From the NCBI GenBank assembly GCA_963695555.1, contig CAVOGR010000001.1:864001-928000 (forward strand): DNA of 64,000 nucleotides, given 5' to 3'. Positions 41,769 to 50,505 of the stretch are shown here, piece by piece. Origin of the DNA: an uncultured Gemmatimonadales bacterium. Lineage in GTDB: Bacteria > Gemmatimonadota > Gemmatimonadetes > Gemmatimonadales > GWC2-71-9. How positions within the stretch are numbered: the stretch's first letter is position 1; each line of letters starts with the position of its first letter. Position numbers and translations under genes: made by a program. The notes under the pieces were generated by a model that made no database searches, was not told the DNA's origin, and worked only from the letters and a program-made list of their open reading frames with translations.

Positions 41769-43274
41769 GTGACCCGCCCCTGGGCGTTGGTCCTGCTGGG
41801 GGCTGCGCTTACCGTGCTCGCGTACCCGCCGTTTCATCTGTTCGTTCCCTCGTTCATCGTGTTGGTACCGCTCTATTGGCTGCTCGATCAGGCGGCCCGT
41901 GACGCGCGTCCCGCGCGCGCAGGATGGTACGGCCTCGCTGCCGGCCTCGCCGCGAATGGAGCGCTTTACTGGTGGATGCCGGCCGCCCTTCGCCCGTACA
42001 CGGCTCATTCCGCACTGGCGTACGGGCTGGCCGTGGTCCTGCTCTCGCTCTACTGGGGGCTCTTCGGTTGGTGGGTGGTGCGCACCTGGATTGGACTGCC
42101 CCGAGTGCCTCGCTGGTTGGTATTCGCAGCGGGATGGACCACGATGGAATGGCTGTTCGGTCATCACGGGGCTATTGCATTTCCCTGGCTCGGACTGGGA
42201 ACCTCGCTGACCGGTTTTCCCGCCGTGGTCCAATGGGCCGATGTGGCGGGAGCCCGAGGCGTCACGTTTTGGCTCGCTGCGGCGAACGCGCTCGTGGCCG
42301 TCGCTCTCACTTCACCGGCGCAGTGTAGGCGTTCCGCGCTGGCTGTTATCGGCTCCATATTCCTGGCGTTTGGTTACGGCGCGCTCCGCACGCGATCACT
42401 CGAGACGCACGGGGCGGGGCGTGTGCTGCTGGTACAGTCGAATGAGAAACTCGCGGTTCAGCGGGATACCGCCGAGTGGAGCGCATCCGTGGCCGCTCTG
42501 GCCGATCGGACCGAGCGGGCCGTGGCCGCGTTGCGACCAGATCTGGTGCTCTGGCCCGAGGCGGCGCTACAACGAGGCTCGACCGAAGACCTCGAGGTGG
42601 TACAGGATGTGGCTCGTCGGGTAAACGTATCCATGGTCGTCGGGGCGCTCGAGCGCATCCCTGGCCACGAACTCAGTGGGCGGCTCTACAACAGTGCCGT
42701 CCTGATCGATCCGGGCAGCCACCTCGGCGGACCCATCTATCGAAAACGGCACCTGGTTCCCGTTGCGGAACGCGGTGCGATTCAGCCCGGGGCAGACGGT
42801 GTCATCATGCGCCTTCCCACCGGTACGGCTGCCGGTGTTGTGATCTGCTATGAGGTGGCCTTTGAGGGTTTGGCCCGGGCCTATCGACGCCGGCAGGCGG
42901 ACGTGTTGCTCAATCTTTCGAACGATGCGTGGGCCGGGCGCACCAACGCCCGCTCTCAGCACACAGCACATCTCGTGATGCGTGCCATCGAAACGCGCAT
43001 GGGTGTGGCCCGTGTGGCGAACACTGGACCGTCGCTGGTGGTCGACCCGCTGGGTCGGGTGACCGCTCGCACGTCGAGCGATGTAGCGACCAGTCTAACC
43101 GCGGAGCTCGCAACATCGACGGTGACACCGTGGTACGTGCGAATGGGAGATTGGGTGGCGCTCGCGGCTGGTGCCGTCGTGCTCGGGCTTACGGGAGTGC
43201 TCGTGCTTTCTTCCAGACTTGGTCGCCCTGATGTGCGAGGCGAATCGTTGCCTCGGGGCCCGGCGCATACGTGA
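41769..43274 (+). CDS. lnt: Apolipoprotein N-acyltransferase
   Basis: N-terminal TM bundle, FPW..LG, nitrilase triad WPE / YRKRHLVP / ICYE, SNDAW, QH...MRAIE, ANTG.S. Confidence 0.92.
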   Translation: MTRPWALVLLGAALTVLAYPPFHLFVPSFIVLVPLYWLLDQAARDARPARAGWYGLAAGLAANGALYWWMPAALRPYTAHSALAYGLAVVLLSLYWGLFGWWVVRTWIGLPRVPRWLVFAAGWTTMEWLFGHHGAIAFPWLGLGTSLTGFPAVVQWADVAGARGVTFWLAAANALVAVALTSPAQCRRSALAVIGSIFLAFGYGALRTRSLETHGAGRVLLVQSNEKLAVQRDTAEWSASVAALADRTERAVAALRPDLVLWPEAALQRGSTEDLEVVQDVARRVNVSMVVGALERIPGHELSGRLYNSAVLIDPGSHLGGPIYRKRHLVPVAERGAIQPGADGVIMRLPTGTAAGVVICYEVAFEGLARAYRRRQADVLLNLSNDAWAGRTNARSQHTAHLVMRAIETRMGVARVANTGPSLVVDPLGRVTARTSSDVATSLTAELATSTVTPWYVRMGDWVALAAGAVVLGLTGVLVLSSRLGRPDVRGESLPRGPAHT

Positions 43275-43677
43275 AGACGAACTCGAAGGGCTTACCACGG
43301 TTCACATATTCGACCAAGTAGCGGGTGTGCATCCCGTCGTCCTCGGACAGAACGCGGCGGATCGGGTGGATCGAGTACTCGTAGGGTCCGTCTCCCGTTC
43401 GGAAGAGGAGGGTGCGCTCCTCGATCTCGAACGGCCGGCCCGCGTAGGCCGGGGCATCCGATTCCCACACCCCGATCAGCGCTTCCGGGATGTCCTCCGT
43501 CGGCGGTGGCATGAGCCTGAACGCCGCGACGGCCATCGCCACCACTGCTGCCGCGATGATGAGCACTCGGCCGCGCGACGTAGTGCTCGGCCTCACAGTT
43601 GCCGCGGGTCTGTCGACAGGACGCACTGGATCGTTCCGGCGCATGGCCTCGGCACCGGCCTTATCTGATGCCGTCAT
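43189..43677 (-). CDS. Membrane-anchored hypothetical protein
   Basis: ATGA-coupled to the HD-GYP stop; TM VLIIAAAVVAMAVAAF followed by a beta-rich domain starting PEALIGVWES; 3' end overlaps lnt by 86 bp. Confidence 0.7.
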   Translation of the reverse strand: MTASDKAGAEAMRRNDPVRPVDRPAATVRPSTTSRGRVLIIAAAVVAMAVAAFRLMPPPTEDIPEALIGVWESDAPAYAGRPFEIEERTLLFRTGDGPYEYSIHPIRRVLSEDDGMHTRYLVEYVNRGKPFEFVFTYAPGPEATIRLAHQGDQVWKKARALP

Positions 43678-45866
43678 GACACCGCCTTCTTCGGTGCCGT
43701 GACCCGGTCGGATGCAGGGGAGGAGCCCACGATCTTCAATCCAGGGGATCCGGTCTGGCGTCGCACCAGGGCCTCCACCTGGGCCTCGTCCTTCATGATG
43801 GCGATGAATGCGGCGGCCATTGCCGGATCGAATTGGGTGGCAGCGCAGTGGTCGATGTAGTCGATTGCCTCCCGGTGGGTCCAGCCCGCGCGGTACGGTC
43901 GATTGGACGTTAGAGCATCGTACACGTCCGCCACGGCTAGGAGCCGGGCCATGAACGGGATGTCTTCGCCCGCTAAGCCGTCGGGGTAGCCCGCACCGTC
44001 GAACCATTCGTGATGGTTCCGCACGATTGGAATCGCCGGGGCGAAAGCCGCAATCGGTGCCAGGATCCGGGCTCCCACTGTAGTGTGCTCCTGGACGATG
44101 CGCCGCTCCTCCTCGGTGAGCGGAGCGGGCTTGTTCAAGATGCTGGTGGGAATCCCGATCTTGCCGATGTCGTGCAGCAGCGCGCCACGGTGAAGCATAT
44201 CGAGTTCGCGCGGCGTCAGGGCCAACTCGCCGCCCAACCGGACGGCGAGCGCGCTGACCCGCTCCGAATGCCCGGCTGTCCACGGCGAGTTCGCGTCGAT
44301 GGTTCGGGCCAGGGCGGAGAGGGTGCCCCAGCTCAACTGATCGAGGTCCTCCACCAGGCGGGTGTTGGAGAGGGCCACCGCCACCTGATCGGCCAAGCGG
44401 CGGGCTTGAAGCAGGTCCTCCCGGTCTACGGTGGGGGCGTTGTAGTAGTCGAGAGTGATGATGCCTGTCAGCCTGCCCACTTGGAGCAGGGGGAGGGCGA
44501 TGGAGCAGGTGCGCCGGCTCGCGACTTCCTTGGCGTCGTTAAGGTAAGCCCTGAGCCCCATGTGCCGGCCCAGGATCAGATGGTCCTCGCTCTCTTCGAG
44601 TTCCCGTATTTCCTCAGTGGTCAGGTGGATGTCCCGGGTAATGCGGTAACGCTCGACGATTGCCACAGCCACGTACTTCCACGGGTCCCCGTCTCGTGCC
44701 GGGCCGACCGTGATGCTCATCGCGTCACAAGGCATCACTTCGCCGAAGCGCGACAGAACCGAATCGATGATCGCCTCGGCGTCGAGCGACGAGAGTACGG
44801 CCTGGTCGATTTGGTTGATGACGGTGAGAGTGTTGAACTGCTTGCCCAGGGTTCGGCTCATGGCGTTGAACGAAGCGGCCAAGTCTTCGAACTCGTCGCG
44901 GCTCGTGACCTCGACCGGGACATCGAACTCGCTCGCGGCGATCCGCTTGGTGCCCTCTTGGAGCTTGAGCAGCGGGTCCATGCTGCGTCGGATCTGGACG
45001 TTGCTGAGCAGAAAGACGGCCGCCAGCGTCAGGACCAGGATCAGGGGGAAGGTGCGCCTGAAGTTGGCCATCGGTGCGAGCGCGAGGGCGCTCGGTTCGC
45101 TCGATACGACCGTCCAGCTGGGTGTCCTGTACTCGTAGCTCAAGAAGATCGGCCAGTACCCTGCCAGGAAGCGCTCCTTTTCGTGGAGCCATTCGAAGGT
45201 GCCACCAGTGCTCGGGTCCTGATCGCGTAATGAACTCCGCATTCCCCGCGTGTATCGAGGACTGGAGCAGTAGAGCGTGCTTGCTCCCGTGAGCACGCAG
45301 GTGTGTGCATCGGGATCGACCAGGTCGGGTCGCCACAGATAGGCCGGCTCGACCTCTCCCCAGAGGACGCCTCGGGTCAGGTTGCCCGGGTCCACCGCCA
45401 CCCCGAGCAGGAGGGTGCGCGTGGGACGGTCCTCCTTGAGCAGCGCCTTGCCGGCTGCGAGGTGGATGCTGTCGACTGCTGACATGGCGGTCGGCGGGTG
45501 TGCTACGATCCTGCCGCCGAGCGGGACGGCACCGGCAGCCGTTTCGAGGACGAGGCTCCGGAATCGGGACCTGAGGGCCGCCAGGGTCTCCCATGGCCTG
45601 GCGGCCTCAAGTCGCGGGTAGGCCGTGATCGCTTCGTTGGCTGTTCTGAGTTCGGTTTCCAGAAAATGCAGCCGCTCGATGATCGCCATGCCCTGGGCCT
45701 TGCTGGCCTGAAACGCGCGGGCGCGGCTCTGATCCTCGAGCTGACCGCCGACCCGCTGATAGGCGATGAAACCAACCACCGCGACCGGGACCAGGGCCCC
45801 CAGCATGAAGAGCCCGAGAATGCGGCGCGCCACGCGCGTGCGAAGGAAGGTGGTGGTGCGTAGCAT
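43674..45866 (-). CDS. Membrane HD-GYP phosphodiesterase (TM - periplasmic sensor - TM - HAMP - GAF - HD-GYP)
   Basis: Two TMs; HAMP (PL..L......IA...DEF..LA.SFN.M); GAF (LPLL....L.G); GHSERV, LLHDIGK, HHE..DG.GYP.GL, VADVYDALTS.RPY. Confidence 0.92.
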   Translation of the reverse strand: MLRTTTFLRTRVARRILGLFMLGALVPVAVVGFIAYQRVGGQLEDQSRARAFQASKAQGMAIIERLHFLETELRTANEAITAYPRLEAARPWETLAALRSRFRSLVLETAAGAVPLGGRIVAHPPTAMSAVDSIHLAAGKALLKEDRPTRTLLLGVAVDPGNLTRGVLWGEVEPAYLWRPDLVDPDAHTCVLTGASTLYCSSPRYTRGMRSSLRDQDPSTGGTFEWLHEKERFLAGYWPIFLSYEYRTPSWTVVSSEPSALALAPMANFRRTFPLILVLTLAAVFLLSNVQIRRSMDPLLKLQEGTKRIAASEFDVPVEVTSRDEFEDLAASFNAMSRTLGKQFNTLTVINQIDQAVLSSLDAEAIIDSVLSRFGEVMPCDAMSITVGPARDGDPWKYVAVAIVERYRITRDIHLTTEEIRELEESEDHLILGRHMGLRAYLNDAKEVASRRTCSIALPLLQVGRLTGIITLDYYNAPTVDREDLLQARRLADQVAVALSNTRLVEDLDQLSWGTLSALARTIDANSPWTAGHSERVSALAVRLGGELALTPRELDMLHRGALLHDIGKIGIPTSILNKPAPLTEEERRIVQEHTTVGARILAPIAAFAPAIPIVRNHHEWFDGAGYPDGLAGEDIPFMARLLAVADVYDALTSNRPYRAGWTHREAIDYIDHCAATQFDPAMAAAFIAIMKDEAQVEALVRRQTGSPGLKIVGSSPASDRVTAPKKAVS

Positions 45867-45870
45867 GGCG

Positions 45871-46401
45871 TCAGTACTTCCAGCCGAGGCCGATGAACTC
45901 GCCGTCGCGGGCCACGATGATGTCGTTGCGGCCCTTCTCGGACGTGAGCGACGGGACAGTGGCCCCGTCTTCGCCCATGCTGTAAAGATCGAAGTAGGTG
46001 TTGATCGGCACGTTGAACCGATCCCTGCGTGAGCCCTGGGGGATGCCGCGCGCATTTACCGGGACTGTCGCGAAGCTCAGGTACTTGTAGGGATTGCCCC
46101 ACGGATCGAGCAGCGTGCCGCGGCTGATGCCGGCCAGCGAGGTGGGAAAGGCGCCGTTGGCAGCATGGAATCCGAGGAGCTCGGAGGTCAGGTTTTCGAG
46201 CTCACCGATTGCCCGGACGTTTCGCGCGCGGGTCACATTGTCCAGGTACTTGGGGTAGCCCAGCGCCACCGCGATGCCCAGGATGATGACCACCGACATC
46301 AACTCGATGATGGTAAAGGCCCGGCGCCGGTTGTGAGGCGCCCAAATCCAGCAGGGCGACCTCACCCGAGAGCCCCTTCGGATGTCAGGCTGGTGGTCCA
46401 T
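45871..46401 (-). CDS. GspG/PulG-like pseudopilin with type IV prepilin N-terminus (start uncertain; alternative 46485)
   Basis: RRRA|FTIIELMSVVIILGI with Glu+5; DPWGNPY; DLYSMGEDG...NDI. Confidence 0.85.
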   Translation of the reverse strand: MDHQPDIRRGSRVRSPCWIWAPHNRRRAFTIIELMSVVIILGIAVALGYPKYLDNVTRARNVRAIGELENLTSELLGFHAANGAFPTSLAGISRGTLLDPWGNPYKYLSFATVPVNARGIPQGSRRDRFNVPINTYFDLYSMGEDGATVPSLTSEKGRNDIIVARDGEFIGLGWKY

Positions 46402-46519
46402 CCGGCTCGGCCGGCGGGCTTCGAATGAGCTGTTGCCAATGCGGGTCCCCGGGCGCTGGGTCGACACGTGCGACGTCGCTGTCAACCGCGTCTATTCCGT
46501 TGGTTGTCAACGGGTTAGT

Positions 46520-46537
46520 TAGCAAAATCGGTGCCGG
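46520..46537 (-). promoter_or_regulatory. Sigma-54 (-24/-12) promoter
   Basis: Minus strand CCGGCACCGATTTTGCTA: GG-N10-GC with GGCAC and TTGCT consensus halves, oriented toward the pseudopilin gene. Confidence 0.7.
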
Positions 46538-46652
46538 TCGGGACCTCGATGGCAGGTAACGACTTACGGGGTCAAATGGAGGCTGTTCGACTACTGGTCC
46601 GTGCAATCCGCGAATCGGTTGGGCGCTGGAAGACTCTCTCATTCGCCAGGTG

Positions 46653-46696
46653 AAAACCCAGCGCGCCGGACCCCTATAAGGAGTCCGGCGCGCTGG
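46653..46696 (-). terminator. Rho-independent terminator after the CsgG-like gene
   Basis: ccagcgcgccggac / gtccggcgcgctgg stem followed by GTTTT on the minus strand. Confidence 0.75.
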
Positions 46697-46717
46697 CCGG
46701 TGATTCTCAGTCGAGTT

Positions 46718-47407
46718 TCAGGATCGGGCCTTCCTAAGTCCCTCCTTCGCCTCGGTGTAGTCGGGGAACAGCGTGATCGCCCGCTGGTAGAACTCGGCGG
46801 CCTTGGCCGTGTCGCCACGATCGTGGTAGAGCAGGGCCCGGCTATACGCCGTGAGGGCCTCGGTAGGCAGCGCGCGGACCGCCCCGCCGCCCGCCCCGCC
46901 CGGCACTCCCGTCTTGGTCAGAATACCTGCCGCCAGATCTCGCAGCAGGCCGTACAGCGCTTGCCGGTCGGCCGGGCCGGCCTGGACGACCGTGAGGATC
47001 TCACCGGTCTCGACGTCCACGATCCGGGCATCGATCCTGAAATTGCCGTAGTAATCGATGAACGTTCCCATGATTGCGTACCGCGCGCCCACCTGCGATC
47101 CGATCCGCGCGGCCGTCGCCGCATCGACCCGGCCCGACTCCTCGAGATTCGACTGATCGAGGAGTCGCTGGGTTTCGGTTCGCTCGACCACCCGCACCGA
47201 TGTATTCCGGCCGAGCTCGGCGATGAGGGTAGCCGGGATGCCACGCTCCAGCGCGGCGAAGATCTCCTTGTCCTGCCCGTAGGACCCGCCATTGGAGAAG
47301 GGAAGCACCGCGAAGCCGGGGCGCGCGTCTTGGGCTGCTAGCGGTGCCGCCATGACGGCGAGTGGGGCCAGAATGCCCAGAACGGCTTGCGAAAGGCGCC
47401 GATTCAT
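46718..47407 (-). CDS. Exported CsgG/HfaB (TolB-N-like) domain protein with C-terminal TPR
   Basis: Signal peptide; AVLPFSN, VVER, AARIG..VGA, RIVDVETGEI; TPR A..AY..AL...A...YQRAI...PDY. Confidence 0.82.
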   Translation of the reverse strand: MNRRLSQAVLGILAPLAVMAAPLAAQDARPGFAVLPFSNGGSYGQDKEIFAALERGIPATLIAELGRNTSVRVVERTETQRLLDQSNLEESGRVDAATAARIGSQVGARYAIMGTFIDYYGNFRIDARIVDVETGEILTVVQAGPADRQALYGLLRDLAAGILTKTGVPGGAGGGAVRALPTEALTAYSRALLYHDRGDTAKAAEFYQRAITLFPDYTEAKEGLRKARS

Positions 47408-47423
47408 GTCTGCTCGCTCCTCG

Positions 47424-48314
47424 TCAGAGGGTGAGGGTTGCGCCTTCCTGCGCGGCGCCGACGCTGAGACCCGTGCCGGCGCGCCGTGCGTGCGATTGCG
47501 CGTCGGTGAGCAAGCGATCAATGGCGTCGTCGTCGTTGGCCGGCTCGTGGTGAAACAGCACCAGGCGCGGGACACCGGATTCGATCGCGAGCTCCACTGC
47601 CTGCCGGGGTGTCGAATGGCCCCAGCCATGACGAGCGCGGATCGATTCCTCCGTGAACATGCCGTCGTGGATGAGGGTCTCCACCCCGTGGAGAAACTTA
47701 ACCAGGCGGGCCCGCCAGTCGGCGGGCACGTCATAATCACCTCCTTGGCCCAGCTCGTTGTCGGTCACATAGGCCAGGGTGCCGCCCCCGTTGGCGGAGA
47801 TGAGCTTGTACCCCAGCGTCACCCCCGGATGGCGCAGCCGGATGGCCTCGACCCGAACCGGGCCGATCGCAAAGGCGCCCTCGGTAACCTCCGTGATGCG
47901 GATGTCCGCGGCGAGCTTCTGCATGGGCACGGGGAAGACGACCGGCGCCATCTGCCAGTTCAGAATCTCCTCGAGCGCGACCGTGCCCTGTCGAGCCCCG
48001 TAGATCCGGACGGTACGGTCGGCATGATGGAGCGGCTCGAAGAACGGCAGACCTTGGATGTGATCCCAGTGCGTGTGGGACAGCAGGATGTCGACCCGAT
48101 GCGGGCGCGAGCCCCGATGCACGAGATCCTGACCCAGCGCCCGGATGCCGGTGCCGGCGTCGAGCACCACCAGGTGGTCGTTGCCAAACCCGACGGCAAC
48201 GCACGCCGTGTTTCCGCCATAGCGCGTGGTCGTCGGTCCCGGGGTCGGGATCGATCCGCGGGTGCCCCAGAATGTGAGCGTGGTTGTCACAGGAGCGGGA
48301 GCCTCATGCTCCAA
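47424..48314 (-). CDS. MBL-fold metallo-hydrolase (RNase Z / cyclic-nucleotide phosphodiesterase-like)
   Basis: WGTRGSIP, YGGNT.C, DAGTG, SHTHWDHIQG (HxHxDH), HPG, TDNE, GHS, FHHEP. Confidence 0.9.
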   Translation of the reverse strand: MEHEAPAPVTTTLTFWGTRGSIPTPGPTTTRYGGNTACVAVGFGNDHLVVLDAGTGIRALGQDLVHRGSRPHRVDILLSHTHWDHIQGLPFFEPLHHADRTVRIYGARQGTVALEEILNWQMAPVVFPVPMQKLAADIRITEVTEGAFAIGPVRVEAIRLRHPGVTLGYKLISANGGGTLAYVTDNELGQGGDYDVPADWRARLVKFLHGVETLIHDGMFTEESIRARHGWGHSTPRQAVELAIESGVPRLVLFHHEPANDDDAIDRLLTDAQSHARRAGTGLSVGAAQEGATLTL

Positions 48315-48373
48315 TATCGAGCGCGGAGAACGAGGAAGCGCGAGCGATGGTCACGCCGGGCTCGTGACCGCGG

Positions 48374-49057
48374 TCACGCGTGCTGGGCTGCGGCTGCGAG
48401 TGAGGCGCGATCTTGGAGGATGATCTCCTTCCGGTTCACCTCGATGACGCCGCGCTGCACCAGGTTCCGCATGGTCCGGGAGACGGTCTCCCGACTCGAC
48501 CCGATCATTTGGGCGATCGTGTGGTGGGTGAGACGCCGGGTGATGCGGTCTCCACCCTCCTCCTTCGCGAGCTGCAGGAGGAGATTGGCCACGCGGCCGT
48601 TCACGTCCAACAGGACCAGGCTGCCGATCTTTTGGTCGGCACTTCGGAGTCGGCGGGAGAGCTCACGGAGGAGCGAAATCGCCACCTCGGGCGACGTGCG
48701 GAGTTGGGCCTGGAAGTCCTCCCGCCTGAGCACCAACAGGGCCGAATCCTCCATGGCGATGACGTGGGCCGACCTCGGTTCGTCGTCGAGCAGCGCCATC
48801 TCACCGAAAAAGCTTCCTTCCTGGAGCACTGAGAGGATCACCTCACGCCCATCCTCGCCGATCAACACCACCTTGACCTGGCCCGATGCCACCAGGAACA
48901 TCGAGTCGCCTCGGTCGTCGGCAAAGACGATGATACTGCCCTTGGGATAGGTCCGCTCCCTGGTCAGGGCCGCGAACCGGGCGAGGGCATCGGGCGGCAT
49001 GTCCCGGAACAGCGGGACCTTCCGGAGCACATCTACAGGCGATTGCTGCACGGCCAC
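48374..49057 (-). CDS. Crp/Fnr family transcriptional regulator with intact cNMP pocket
   Basis: FFGEMALLD..PRSA phosphate-binding cassette; HTH SRETVSR. Confidence 0.93.
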   Translation of the reverse strand: MAVQQSPVDVLRKVPLFRDMPPDALARFAALTRERTYPKGSIIVFADDRGDSMFLVASGQVKVVLIGEDGREVILSVLQEGSFFGEMALLDDEPRSAHVIAMEDSALLVLRREDFQAQLRTSPEVAISLLRELSRRLRSADQKIGSLVLLDVNGRVANLLLQLAKEEGGDRITRRLTHHTIAQMIGSSRETVSRTMRNLVQRGVIEVNRKEIILQDRASLAAAAQHA

Positions 49058-49218
49058 CTCAGGCGGAGGGAGGGAGTCGGAGGCAAGGTTAGCGGAAGCA
49101 GAGGGGACGTGTCAATTCAGCCCTTCCGGACGAGACTCAAGTCTTCTAAATTTTTGGGCTTACGGCAAGTCCGCCTGCCCCCCTGTGGCGGACCCCTGGA
49201 ACCGCGAGGAGTCGAGCA

Positions 49219-49443
49219 GTGAAGGCCAATCTCCACCCAATCTACCGCAAGGTCACGGCCGTCTGTGCCTGTGGCAACACATTCGAAACCCGGAGCACCC
49301 AGGACAACATCCACGTCGAGGTGTGCGCCCACTGCCACCCGTACTTCACCGGCAAGCAGCGGTTGGTCGATACCGCCGGTCGGGTCGATCGGTTCCGCCG
49401 CAAGTACCAAGGCGTTTCGGGGGCGGACTCGGGCCAGGACTGA
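49219..49443 (+). CDS. rpmE: 50S ribosomal protein L31 (zinc-binding type)
   Basis: [29 protein letters not shown]. Confidence 0.97.
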   Translation: MKANLHPIYRKVTAVCACGNTFETRSTQDNIHVEVCAHCHPYFTGKQRLVDTAGRVDRFRRKYQGVSGADSGQD

Positions 49444-49446
49444 TTT

Positions 49447-50505
49447 ATGGACCCCCGACTCCGCCAGGCGCTGGACCGGGCGGAGGAGATCGCTCGAGAG
49501 CTCGCCGATCCCACGACAATCCGGAACCATCAGCGGCTGAGGACCCTCGGCCGCGAGCGTACCAAGCTCGCGCCGGTCGTTGAGGCTGCGGAGCGGCTCG
49601 AGCGATTGACCGCGGAGTTGTCCGAGGCGCGGGAACTTCTCGACGCGCCCGACCCGGAGCTGGCGCAGATGGCTGGAGCCGAGGTCGCCCGGCTCACCGG
49701 GGACATCGAGGCGCTCGACGCAGAGCTCCGCGAGCTCCTCGTTCCCCGCGACCCGCACGATGAGCGGGACGCGATCGTCGAAATCCGGGCCGGCACCGGC
49801 GGCGACGAGGCTGCCCTCTTTTCAGCCGATCTCCACCGCATGTACACCAGGTTCTGTGAGCGGAACGGCCTTACCGTCGAGCCGATCTCGGCGAGTGAGG
49901 GCACTGCCGGGGGCCTCAAGGAAGTGATCTTCGCGGTACGCGGTGAGGGCGCCTACGGCTTGCTGCGCCGTGAGGCCGGAGTGCATCGGGTCCAGCGCGT
50001 GCCCACGACCGAGACCCAGGGCCGCATCCACACCTCGGCCGCGAGTGTCGCGGTTCTGCCCGAGGCCGAGGAGGTGGACGTCGAAATCGAGCCCCAGGAC
50101 TTGAAGATCGATGTGTACCGTTCCTCGGGCCCCGGCGGACAAAGCGTCAACACGACCGACAGCGCGGTGCGCATTACCCACCTGCCGACCGGGCTCGTCG
50201 TGACCCAGCAGGACCAGAAGAGCCAGCTTCAGAACAAGCTCAAGGCCATGGAAGTGTTGCGGGCGCGGCTGTTGGACCGGATGATTGCCGAACAGGAAGC
50301 GGCCCGGTCCCGCGAGCGGCGCACCATGGTGGGTACGGGAGACCGGTCCGCCAAGATCCGCACGTACAATTACCCTCAGAGTCGGGTGACCGATCATCGC
50401 ATTGGATTCTCGGTGCATAACCTGCCGGGAGTGATGAATGGAGACCTCGACGAGATCGTGGATGCGCTGAGGCTCGCGAGCCGGGAGGAGTCGGCCGTTG
50501 CGTGA
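49447..50505 (+). CDS. prfA: Peptide chain release factor 1
   Basis: EIRAGTGGDEA, HRVQRVPTTE (PxT), GPGGQSVN, IRTYNYPQ. Confidence 0.97.
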   Translation: MDPRLRQALDRAEEIARELADPTTIRNHQRLRTLGRERTKLAPVVEAAERLERLTAELSEARELLDAPDPELAQMAGAEVARLTGDIEALDAELRELLVPRDPHDERDAIVEIRAGTGGDEAALFSADLHRMYTRFCERNGLTVEPISASEGTAGGLKEVIFAVRGEGAYGLLRREAGVHRVQRVPTTETQGRIHTSAASVAVLPEAEEVDVEIEPQDLKIDVYRSSGPGGQSVNTTDSAVRITHLPTGLVVTQQDQKSQLQNKLKAMEVLRARLLDRMIAEQEAARSRERRTMVGTGDRSAKIRTYNYPQSRVTDHRIGFSVHNLPGVMNGDLDEIVDALRLASREESAVA

